A stretch of 53,100 nucleotides of DNA from an uncultured Oscillospiraceae bacterium (GTDB lineage Bacteria > Bacillota > Clostridia > Oscillospirales > QAMX01). A program made the translations under genes and the position numbers. A model generated the notes under the pieces. That model was not told where the DNA came from and ran no database searches. It was given only the letters and a program-made list of their open reading frames with translations. The DNA is taken from assembly GCA_964439435.1 (NCBI GenBank), contig CAYTOF010000003.1, forward strand, positions 1 through 53,100. Reading direction: 5' to 3'. Positions 20,053-28,728 of the stretch are shown here, piece by piece. How positions within the stretch are numbered: the stretch's first letter is position 1; every line of letters starts with the position of its first letter.

Positions 20053-20074
20053 TAGTTACTTGTCACTATTAAGC
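20053..20074. repeat. attR: arm tagttacttgtcactattaa + GC core
   Basis: inverted 18/20 match to 8989-9008, 32 bp after the recombinase stop. Confidence 0.8.
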
Positions 20075-20180
20075 CTTGGTTTTAGTTGTTTTACTGTTCT
20101 ACTTTGGTGAGTTCCGGAAAAGTGACTCCAACTTCAAGCTCGGTTTGTTTATTCACATTATAAACTGAGAGGTCTTTCAA

Positions 20181-21677
20181 ATGGACGGCTATATTTTGGC
20201 TCTTGATCAAGGTACCACAAGCTCAAGAGCCCATATAATTGACAGCTCGGGGCAAATTATCGCCTCTGCCCAGCACCCCTTTAAACAGATTTATCCTGCT
20301 GCCGGATGGGTGGAGCATGACCCCTTTGACATCCTCGAAACCCAGCTTCGCGCTGCGGGAGAGGCCTTTGCCCAAAGCGATCTCTCCCCCTCCGATATCG
20401 CCGCCATCGGTATTGCTAATCAGCGAGAGACGACCATTGTGTGGGATAAGCATACGGGCAAGCCCGTATGCAATGCCATTGTCTGGCAGTGCCGCAGGAC
20501 AGCGGAGATCTGCAATGAGCTGATTGCGAGTGGGCTTTCCGAATATGTGCAGGAGAAGACAGGCCTTGTCATAGATGCGTATTTTTCTGCTACAAAGCTC
20601 AAATGGATTCTTGACAATGTGAAGGGAGCAAGAGAGGCGGCGGATAAAGGGCAGCTCCTCTTTGGAACTGTTGAGACATGGTTGATTTGGAATCTCACAG
20701 GCGGTGCCGAGCATGTGAGCGACTGTGCAAACGCCTCTCGAACAATGCTCTTTGACATCGATAAACTCTGCTGGGATGATGAGCTTTTAAAAGCTATTGA
20801 TATCCCAGACTCTGTTTTACCTCGCCCTGTCCCCTGTATGGACTCCATGGGTAAAATTGCCAAGGGCATAAAGCACATGGAATCCTTGGAGGGCATTCCC
20901 ATCTGTGCCGCGGCGGGAGACCAACAGGCAGCCCTCTTTGGTCAGTGCTGTTTTGAACCGGGTCTTGCCAAAAACACATACGGCACAGGTTGTTTTCTCT
21001 TGGCAAACTGCGGAGATGAGCGCCCCCGTTCAAGACATGGACTGGTGACAAGCATTGCCTGGAATACAAATACACAAAAAATATACGCCCTGGAGGGCAG
21101 CGCTTTCAACACAGGCTCTGCCATACAGTGGTTGCGGGATGAACTCGGACTTATAGAATCTGCCAAGGAGTGTGACAAACTTGCCGAAACGGTAGAAAAC
21201 AGCGGCGGTGCTTTTTTCGTACCGGCCTTTACGGGACTCGGAGCACCCTATTGGGATATGGATGCAAGAGGCCTTCTGTGCGGTCTGACTAGGGGTACGA
21301 CCAGGGCCCATGTCGCAAGGGCAGTGCTTGAGAGCATAGCCTTTCAAACGGCTGATTTGTGTGCTGCCATGGAACTGGATCTCGGATTTTGCTTGCGAGA
21401 GTTGCGCGTTGACGGCGGCGCAAGTGCCAGTGATGTGTTGATGGCCTTTCAAGCCGACATCCTGGGTATGAACATAAACAGACCCCAAAACACAGAATCC
21501 ACGGTTTTAGGGGCCGCTTTTATGGCAGGACTTGCCGTCGGGCTTTGGAGTGATACCGCCCGGCTGTCAACAATGCGCAAAACACAGAGAGTTTTTCACC
21601 CTGCCATGTCAAGCGAGCGCAGAGATGGGCTTTATAAAGGATGGAAACAAGCCATAGCACGGACAAGGTCGTTTTAG
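20181..21677 (+). CDS. glpK: glycerol kinase
   Basis: LALDQGTTSSRA, NQRETT, GDQQAAL, KNTYGTGCF; 498 aa. Confidence 0.93.
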   Translation: MDGYILALDQGTTSSRAHIIDSSGQIIASAQHPFKQIYPAAGWVEHDPFDILETQLRAAGEAFAQSDLSPSDIAAIGIANQRETTIVWDKHTGKPVCNAIVWQCRRTAEICNELIASGLSEYVQEKTGLVIDAYFSATKLKWILDNVKGAREAADKGQLLFGTVETWLIWNLTGGAEHVSDCANASRTMLFDIDKLCWDDELLKAIDIPDSVLPRPVPCMDSMGKIAKGIKHMESLEGIPICAAAGDQQAALFGQCCFEPGLAKNTYGTGCFLLANCGDERPRSRHGLVTSIAWNTNTQKIYALEGSAFNTGSAIQWLRDELGLIESAKECDKLAETVENSGGAFFVPAFTGLGAPYWDMDARGLLCGLTRGTTRAHVARAVLESIAFQTADLCAAMELDLGFCLRELRVDGGASASDVLMAFQADILGMNINRPQNTESTVLGAAFMAGLAVGLWSDTARLSTMRKTQRVFHPAMSSERRDGLYKGWKQAIARTRSF

Positions 21678-22524
21678 AGTGTGCTTATATGCCTTGAAAA
21701 CTCCGCTTTGGCACGTTTGAGGTCAGCCGTAGAGACAATCCACTCTTTGCGCTCATTTCCGATGCGCCCTAGCTTTTCCATCTTGGCATTGCCCATTGGG
21801 TGATAGGAAAAAAACTTTACATTTTTACAGTGTGGCAGCCTTTTGTAAAGTTTACGGTATTCACCAAAATGCACCGCAGCTCTATATTTGCCTTGAGACT
21901 GTCCGCAAGCAGCAGGTTTTCTATTATCCTCTCATTTGAAACCCCGGTGTACTCAATATGCCTTTCCTTGTCGCTGTCTTTAAAATCCCATAGCAGCGTA
22001 TCTGTATATTGACACAGTGTGGGCAGAAAGGCCTTGTCGAAATACCCGCAAGTCTCCACCGCTGTATTCAGATTGTTTTCCTTTGCCGCTTTTAAAAGGG
22101 CGATTGTCTCCTTTGGGTATGCCATCGGCTCGCCGCCGGAGATTGTGAGCCCTCCCTCTTTGCCATAAAAAGCGACATCGCGCAGCACTTCGTAGATAAT
22201 CTCATCAATGCCCATCTCTTGGCTGACGGATTCAAGTGCCTTTGTCGGACACACACCCACACAGTCTTCACTCATGAGACATCTATCTCTGTCAAAGACA
22301 TGCTTTCCTGTTGTAAACTGATGTGCGCCGTTTTTGCATATGTTGCAGTTGCCGCACCGAATACATTTGGACGGTGAGTAATATATCTCATTTTCTTTTT
22401 TGTGTGTCTCGGGATTGTGGCACCATTTACATCGCAGCGGGCAGCCCTTTATAAAAACCGTGGTTCTTATTCCCGGCCCATCATGCATACAAAACCGCTG
22501 TATCTCCACCACAGGTAATTTCAT
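21674..22524 (-). pseudogene. glycyl-radical enzyme activating enzyme (radical SAM with ferredoxin insert), frameshifted near 21850
   Basis: HDGPGIRT, CPLRCKWCHNPE, SGGEP; frame stops at 21817 while the normal C-terminus (LYKRLPHCKNVKFFSYHPMGNAKMEKLG) lies in the 21674..21874 frame. Confidence 0.85.
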
Positions 22525-24644
22525 CGCCGCATCCCCTTTGAGCAGCGCTGTATGATCATATCCTGCCACTCTTTGCTGAGGGTCACAAACCGCGCGTTCC
22601 AACCGGAAACCCGCACCGAAAGCGTGGGGTATTTTTCGGGGTGCTCCTGCGCGTCTTTTAAAACCCTTTCATCTATCACATCAAGCTGCATGAAAAATCC
22701 GCCAAGCTCAATGAAGCCTTCAATCAAATGGATGATGGCCGTTGTGCCCTCTTCGTCGTAAACACTTGTCGGGAACAACTCCACATCCAATGCGGCACCG
22801 GACACCGTTTTCCTCAAATCTGCCTTGCAGTAGGATTTTATCATGGCAGTGGCGCCAAGCAAATCCGTGCCGGGTGTGGGCGAAAAATTGCCCGAGAGTA
22901 CCTCGCCTTTTTTACGCCCGTGGGGAGATGCGAGACGCTTTGAGGCCCAATCGATTTGTCTGCCAAATGTGCTGATGCCTGCGGGAAACAACAGAGGGCC
23001 ACCCTTGCTCAACTCACGGCATATCTTGGCAAACTCCTCCACTATGTGCACCGCAATCTCGTCGACATCGTCGCTGTCATTTCCAAAATAAACATAGTGG
23101 TTCAATATGTATTGTCTGAGAGGTTCATGGCCTTCAAAGTTATCTTGCAAAATCTCCATGAATGCGGAAAGCGATAACTTCTTTTCTTTAAAAACAACAT
23201 TCTTTATGGCGTAGAGAGCATTGACAGCATCGGGTAATCCTCCGATATGAGGTGAGATCATATTGTATTTGGGCCCTCCTCCATAATAGGACAGGCCCGA
23301 CTCAATGCACCCCATCGTGAACATTGAAACAACGGAGCAAGGAGTTGCCTCCGCTCTTTCTTGCCAGCGCTTTGGATCAAAGCGCTGGACACTGTAAATC
23401 TCTTCAACTGTTTTGCGTAAATCCTCTATAAATGCTTGATAGAGGTCCTCATATGTCTCAAAAGGCAGTTTTTCATCATATGCCTTCAGTGTCTTCTCCT
23501 GCAACAGCTTTAGGGCGTCGAAGGGGATGTAGTTGAAAAATGTTTTCCCCGGGATTTGCACTTCCCAACAACCGTCATTGGCAAAGGTACGTGCTTCCTC
23601 TATCTCATATCCAAAATCCGTCAGGGCATCTAAAATCAAGTCCTCATTGTATACCGCCACTATGCCGCCGCCATGCCTTATGACTTCGGCCATGCGTTTT
23701 AGCAGCAACGGGTCGGATTTTTTGTTGATGCGGACCGTTATCGGGAAATCGCTTATGCCGAGCTCTTCGATTATATCCAAAACAAGATATGTCACTTCAT
23801 TTGTGATGTCCTCTCCGTTTTCATCGACACCCGAAAGGACGATATTTTGATAGTGCTGCGCATCGCCGCTGATACTTCTCTCTCCGCGAATCCACTCGCA
23901 ACCTTTTATGAAGAAGTGTGCCAGAAATTCCCGCGCTTGCTCCACTATCACGGTACCTTTTTCCAAATCCCTTTTCAGATACGGCCCGAGCATTGCGTCG
24001 ATTCGGCCGATACCCGACCAATTGCCGCAGAGCCTTGTAAAGGCAAAGGTAAACCAAAGGCTTTGGACAGCTTCAAAGAAATTGCTTGCGGGATAATAGG
24101 GCACATTTCGCAGGTTTTTTAATATATCACCGTGTTTCTCATCCTCGCTAAGCGCCTCAATATATCTGCTGTGCCAAATCTTCAGGCAGGAAATACAGTG
24201 CAACATGCTGTGAAGGTTGGCAACTTTTTCTTTCTCTGTCTGAACGGCCAAGGACCTGTTGATGCGCTTTTCTATGTCTAATAAGCCATACTTCAATACC
24301 CTGTCAAAGCCCAATGTCACATGGCTCACGCTGTTTATAAAAAGGTTGCCGTTGTGGGTAGCCGGCACCATATGTCTTATCGCAGCGCCCAAAGTGGCCG
24401 CACCCGATAAAAGCTCGTTTTCACAGATGCGTATCGGTGCTTTTTGCGCTATTTCCAATATAGCCGCATTGTATTTGTCCGGCAGACTCATTTGATCAAA
24501 ATCTGCCAGATGATCCAAGGACACAGCTTGATTTTTCCATGTGTCCTGTCCGTATTTAAAGTGCAGTGAATCGTATGCAAAAGCTCTTGTTTTTTCAGAG
24601 AGGCGCACAGGACGGTTTTCTTTATAAGCTGTATAAAACTCCAT
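22521..24644 (-). CDS. glycyl radical enzyme (PFL-like family), substrate unknown
   Basis: Cys loop ANDGCWEV and Gly loop YPTLSVRVSGWNARF; 707 aa; ATGA overlap with the activase. Confidence 0.9.
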   Translation of the reverse strand: MEFYTAYKENRPVRLSEKTRAFAYDSLHFKYGQDTWKNQAVSLDHLADFDQMSLPDKYNAAILEIAQKAPIRICENELLSGAATLGAAIRHMVPATHNGNLFINSVSHVTLGFDRVLKYGLLDIEKRINRSLAVQTEKEKVANLHSMLHCISCLKIWHSRYIEALSEDEKHGDILKNLRNVPYYPASNFFEAVQSLWFTFAFTRLCGNWSGIGRIDAMLGPYLKRDLEKGTVIVEQAREFLAHFFIKGCEWIRGERSISGDAQHYQNIVLSGVDENGEDITNEVTYLVLDIIEELGISDFPITVRINKKSDPLLLKRMAEVIRHGGGIVAVYNEDLILDALTDFGYEIEEARTFANDGCWEVQIPGKTFFNYIPFDALKLLQEKTLKAYDEKLPFETYEDLYQAFIEDLRKTVEEIYSVQRFDPKRWQERAEATPCSVVSMFTMGCIESGLSYYGGGPKYNMISPHIGGLPDAVNALYAIKNVVFKEKKLSLSAFMEILQDNFEGHEPLRQYILNHYVYFGNDSDDVDEIAVHIVEEFAKICRELSKGGPLLFPAGISTFGRQIDWASKRLASPHGRKKGEVLSGNFSPTPGTDLLGATAMIKSYCKADLRKTVSGAALDVELFPTSVYDEEGTTAIIHLIEGFIELGGFFMQLDVIDERVLKDAQEHPEKYPTLSVRVSGWNARFVTLSKEWQDMIIQRCSKGMRR

Positions 24645-24683
24645 TCACATCACCTGTTTAAATATACTGCATGGTATAATTTA

Positions 24684-24712
24684 ATTGTATCAAATATATA
24701 TTGCATTTTCAA
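24684..24712 (-). promoter_or_regulatory. sigma-A promoter of the GRE operon
   Basis: minus strand TTGAAA-17-TACAAT. Confidence 0.55.
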
Positions 24713-24767
24713 TTGACAAAGCCTTTGTATACCTGTAAAATTCTATTACGGCATTTTCTCTCAGGCG

Positions 24768-24811
24768 AGACAAATCGCCCCTTGACTTAAAAGTCAAAGA
24801 GCGATTTGTCT
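24768..24811. terminator. hairpin downstream of tRNA-Leu(CAG)
   Basis: agacaaatcgc..ttgact-taaa-agtcaa..gcgatttgtct. Confidence 0.6.
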
Positions 24812-24826
24812 GCGGCGACTCGCCGC

Positions 24827-24913
24827 TGGTGCGGATAAGAGGACTTGAACCTCCACCGTATTACTACGACTAGAACCTGAATCTAGCGCGTCTGCCAATT
24901 CCGCCATATCCGC
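24827..24913 (-). tRNA. tRNA-Leu (anticodon CAG)
   Basis: GCGGATATGGCGGAATTGGCAGACGCGCTAGATTCAGGTTCTAG..GGTTCAAGTCC..ACCA; long variable arm. Confidence 0.97.
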
Positions 24914-24952
24914 ATAAAGTTGTGTAGAGCAACACAAACAGGTGCGAACATT

Positions 24953-24981
24953 ATTATAATATGTGCAAGCACCGTTGTCAA
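24953..24981 (-). promoter_or_regulatory. consensus promoter of tRNA-Leu(CAG)
   Basis: minus strand TTGACA-17-TATAAT. Confidence 0.85.
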
Positions 24982-25038
24982 GCGCATTTCTTTATTTGCC
25001 CTTTCCCGCTGTAAAATATTATTTCAAAGGATGTAATT

Positions 25039-25971
25039 ATGTCAAACTCATATGCAAATTCACTTGGATTGATTGGCAACACACCAATGGTTGAGCTTTC
25101 CTTTTTAGCTCAAAAATACAACCTCAAATCAAAGCTGTTTGGCAAGCTCGAATCTGTCAACCTCACAGGCAGCGTAAAAGACCGCATTGCCAAAGCGATG
25201 ATAGAAGATGCCGAAGCAAATGGCCTGTTGAAACCTGGCTCCGTCATCATAGAGCCCACCAGCGGCAACACCGGCATCGGCCTTGCGGCTGTGGCCACTG
25301 TCAAGGGATATAGAACCATCCTCACCATGCCGGACACCATGAGCATAGAGCGCAGAAACTTGCTCCGAGCGTATGGTGCAGAACTGGTTCTGACCGAGGG
25401 CGCGCTCGGCATGAAGGGCGCTATGGCCAAAGCCAAGGAACTATCAGAACAGATTCCGGACAGCTTTATCCCCGGTCAGTTTGACAACCCCGCAAACCCC
25501 GCCATACATCTGGCCACCACCGGCCCGGAGATTTGGGAGCAGACGGAGGGCAAAGTCGACATCTTTGTATCAGGTGTCGGCACGGGCGGAACGCTCACAG
25601 GTGCTGGTGAGTTTTTGAGATCGAAGAACAAGGACATATATATAGTGGCGGTTGAACCCTCTGATTCGCCCGTGCTCTCAGGCGGCAGTGGCGGCCCCCA
25701 CAAGATACAGGGGCTTGGTGCCGGTTTTGTCCCCGCTGTTTTGAACACCGAGATATACAACGAGATCGTCCGCGTCCAAAACCAAGATGCCTTCGACATG
25801 GGCAGAACCGTTGCTCAGACAGAGGGCTTGCTCGTGGGCATATCCTCAGGAGCAGCAGTGTGGGCGGCGCTTGAACTCGGGCTGCGCCCTGAAAATGCTG
25901 GTAAGAGCATTGTCGTCATCATTCCCGATGCGGGCGACCGATATCTCTCAACACCCATGTTTTCACAGTGA
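25039..25971 (+). CDS. cysK: cysteine synthase A
   Basis: IGNTPMV, SVKDRIA (PLP lysine), [20 protein letters not shown]. Confidence 0.96.
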   Translation: MSNSYANSLGLIGNTPMVELSFLAQKYNLKSKLFGKLESVNLTGSVKDRIAKAMIEDAEANGLLKPGSVIIEPTSGNTGIGLAAVATVKGYRTILTMPDTMSIERRNLLRAYGAELVLTEGALGMKGAMAKAKELSEQIPDSFIPGQFDNPANPAIHLATTGPEIWEQTEGKVDIFVSGVGTGGTLTGAGEFLRSKNKDIYIVAVEPSDSPVLSGGSGGPHKIQGLGAGFVPAVLNTEIYNEIVRVQNQDAFDMGRTVAQTEGLLVGISSGAAVWAALELGLRPENAGKSIVVIIPDAGDRYLSTPMFSQ

Positions 25972-25999
25972 TATAATAACCGATGAAAAGGATGTGTCC

Positions 26000-26728
26000 A
26001 TGTCCCACTGGCTTTCTCGAACCGAACTTATATACGGCACAAAAGGATTGGATATTCTACAAAATGCCCGCATAGCTGTGTTTGGCATCGGCGGTGTGGG
26101 TGGTTATGCCGTAGAGGCTCTCGCTCGCAGCGGTATCGGCACTCTCGATTTAGTCGACAGTGACACTGTCTGTGAGTCCAATCTCAACAGGCAGATACAT
26201 GCACTCCACAGCACCCTTGGCAAATACAAGGTCGATGTGGCAAAGGAGCGTATTTTAGACATCAATCCCCGAGCGATAGTGAACACCCACAAGCTCTTTT
26301 TTTCGGATTCAAATGCCTCGATGTTTAATTTTGCAAAGTATAACTATGTTGTCGACGCCATAGACACAATTTCATCTAAAATGACCCTTATTTTGTGCGC
26401 ACAGGATACACACACCCCTATTATCAGCTCTATGGGAGCGGGAAACAAAAAGCAAGCTCTTTCATTTAAAATATCGGACATATACTCCACCGACACCTGC
26501 CCCTTGGCACGTGTGATGCGCAAAGAACTGCGGGCGCGCGGTGTAATAGCTCTAAAAGTGCTCTGCTCAAGTGAGACCCCCGCCACATGCCTCGGTGAAA
26601 CCAACTGCCCTGATTCGTGCAAGCAAAGGGCGCCGGGCAGCAATGCCTTTGTGCCGGCTTCGGCAGGTCTTATCATAGCCGGAGAGGTTGTCAATGACCT
26701 TGTGCGAGGAGCTGCTCTGTCAGACTGA
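26000..26728 (+). CDS. tcdA: tRNA threonylcarbamoyladenosine dehydratase (ThiF family)
   Basis: start MSHWLSRTEL; GIGGVGG, SNLNRQ, CPLARVMRKEL. Confidence 0.85.
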   Translation: MSHWLSRTELIYGTKGLDILQNARIAVFGIGGVGGYAVEALARSGIGTLDLVDSDTVCESNLNRQIHALHSTLGKYKVDVAKERILDINPRAIVNTHKLFFSDSNASMFNFAKYNYVVDAIDTISSKMTLILCAQDTHTPIISSMGAGNKKQALSFKISDIYSTDTCPLARVMRKELRARGVIALKVLCSSETPATCLGETNCPDSCKQRAPGSNAFVPASAGLIIAGEVVNDLVRGAALSD

Positions 26729-26770
26729 GCACCCTTAAAGCAAAAATATTGCGCTGCTCCATATAAAGAC

Positions 26771-26809
26771 ATTCGGCTCGAATCTTTATAAAAAAGATTC
26801 GAGCCAAAT
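26771..26809. terminator. bidirectional terminator between tcdA and oadB
   Basis: ggctcgaatcttt/aaagattcgagcc stem between convergent genes. Confidence 0.75.
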
Positions 26810-26825
26810 TGATTTGGTTAAATTA

Positions 26826-27959
26826 TCATCCAAAGAGTGCAAGTAATATACCCGCAACAACTGCCGAACCTATGACACCTGCAACATTGGAGCCCATTGC
26901 GTGCATCAACAGATGGTTTGAGGGATTGGCTTTTTGGCCTTCAACCTGGGACACCCTGGCGGCCATGGGCACTGCGGAAACACCGGCTGAGCCAATCAAA
27001 GGGTTGATTTTTCCCTTTGTGAGCCAGCACAGCAGCTTGCCAAGAAGCAGGCCGCCAATGGTGCTGAACATAAATGCCGTAAGCCCGAGCCCTATGATCA
27101 TGAGTGTTTGCGGGCGCAGAAAATCCTGTGCATTGGCGGTGGCACCCACTGTGATTCCAAGAAATATCGTGACTATATTTATCAGGGCATTTTGCGCTGT
27201 CTCTGACAAGCGCTCAACAACACCGGATTCCTTGAAGAGGTTGCCAAGCATCAGCATCCCTATAAGAGGTGCAACGGCAGGCAACAAGAGAACTGCCAAT
27301 ATGGTGACGACTATCGGGAAGATAATTTTTTCTGTTTTTGTTACGACACGAAGCTGTGTCATCTTGATTTCGCGTTCTTTTTTTGTTGTCAAAGCGCGCA
27401 TTATCGGGGGCTGAATCAGGGGAATCAGCGCCATATATGAATATGCGGCAATGGCGATGGCAGGCAAGATCGTCGGTGCAAGCTTTGAGGCAAGGTATAT
27501 TGCGGTGGGCCCGTCTGCTCCGCCGATTATTCCTATGGACGCGGCTTCACCGGGATTAAATCCCAGCGCAATGGCGATGATGAAAGCTATGCTGATGCCG
27601 AGCTGTGCACCTGCTCCCATCAACAAGCTGATAGGTCTGGCTATCAGCGGACCGAAGTCCGTCATCGCACCGATGCCGAGGAAAATCAAAGAAGGATATA
27701 TTCCAAGTTTGACTCCTTGATAAAGATAATAGAGCAATCCTCCGGGGTCACCATCTTTGCCCGCATCCATAAGGCCTGTCAAAGGTAAGTTTGCAAGCAA
27801 TATTCCAAAGGCAATGGGCAAGAGCAGCAACGGCTCAAACTTTTTGACGATGGCAAGATAGATCAGCACACAAGCTACAAGAATCATAACTCCGTGTTGC
27901 CATGTCAAATTGGCAAAACCCGAGACTTCCCATATTTTTTGTATGGCTTCACTAAGCAT
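26826..27959 (-). CDS. oadB: Na+-translocating decarboxylase beta subunit
   Basis: FEPLLLLPIAFG, IGIIGGADGPT, GSAGVSAVPMAAR. Confidence 0.95.
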   Translation of the reverse strand: MLSEAIQKIWEVSGFANLTWQHGVMILVACVLIYLAIVKKFEPLLLLPIAFGILLANLPLTGLMDAGKDGDPGGLLYYLYQGVKLGIYPSLIFLGIGAMTDFGPLIARPISLLMGAGAQLGISIAFIIAIALGFNPGEAASIGIIGGADGPTAIYLASKLAPTILPAIAIAAYSYMALIPLIQPPIMRALTTKKEREIKMTQLRVVTKTEKIIFPIVVTILAVLLLPAVAPLIGMLMLGNLFKESGVVERLSETAQNALINIVTIFLGITVGATANAQDFLRPQTLMIIGLGLTAFMFSTIGGLLLGKLLCWLTKGKINPLIGSAGVSAVPMAARVSQVEGQKANPSNHLLMHAMGSNVAGVIGSAVVAGILLALFG

Positions 27960-27973
27960 TTATGTGTCTCTCC

Positions 27974-28372
27974 TTACTGCATTGAAATCAACGCATCACC
28001 GGTGGACACAGACGCCCCCTTTGTGACATGAACCTGCGCGACAACGCCGTCAGCAGGTGCGGCTATTTCATTTTCCATTTTCATAGCTTCCAGGATAAGT
28101 AAAACCTCTCCCATTTTCACGCTTGTTCCCGGGGTTACTCTTATGTCCAGTATTGTGCCGGGCATCGGCGATGTGATGGCATCCTCGCTTGGCTGTGCAG
28201 CGGGTGCCGCAGGGGCGGGAGCAGCTGCTTGGGGTGCGGGTGCCGGAGCTGCGGGGGCTGTCACTGGAGCAGGAGCGGCCACTGCCACTTCTGTTGTGTT
28301 CACGATATTTGCTTGCCCGCGTTCTACTTCGACTTCATATTCTTTGTCGTTGATTCTGACAACATATATCAT
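27974..28372 (-). CDS. biotin carboxyl carrier subunit of the decarboxylase
   Basis: Ala/Pro linker and EAMKMENEI biotinylation motif. Confidence 0.95.
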   Translation of the reverse strand: MIYVVRINDKEYEVEVERGQANIVNTTEVAVAAPAPVTAPAAPAPAPQAAAPAPAAPAAQPSEDAITSPMPGTILDIRVTPGTSVKMGEVLLILEAMKMENEIAAPADGVVAQVHVTKGASVSTGDALISMQ

Positions 28373-28401
28373 ATAAATTCCTCCGATTATCTTGTCTGCG
28401 T

Positions 28402-28728
28402 CTATGCTTTTTGTAACAATTTTATTGACTTAAAACACAACTGTGACAAAGGGATGCCGGATTCATCGCTTATTATGGCCATGATCATGGCCGCTGTGGG
28501 CTCATCCACATCTTTGAGCTTCAGTTGTCCTGTCGACAGTTCATTTACAGCAGTTGCCGGCGTCGCTTTTATCTCATTTTTAGCATCTGCCTTGCCCTTC
28601 TCTTTCTCTCCTCCTGCTTTTCCCAGCACTTTGGAAAACAGTATAAGGAAAATGTACAACACGGCAAGAAGCAGCATGACGCCACTTATGCAGTACAGCG
28701 CAATCAAAAAACTTTCAGGCAATGTCAT
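28402..28728 (-). CDS. OadG-like (gamma/delta) membrane subunit
   Basis: single N-terminal TM helix, AAMIMAIIS motif, operon position. Confidence 0.8.
   Translation of the reverse strand: MTLPESFLIALYCISGVMLLLAVLYIFLILFSKVLGKAGGEKEKGKADAKNEIKATPATAVNELSTGQLKLKDVDEPTAAMIMAIISDESGIPLSQLCFKSIKLLQKA

Larger units (their letters stand above)
8987..20074. mobile_element. integrated serine-recombinase element (IME / Tn4451-TndX-like architecture), 11.1 kb
   Basis: large serine recombinase plus TnpW at right end; ends are 18/20 inverted arms around a duplicated GC; accessory cargo. Confidence 0.85.
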
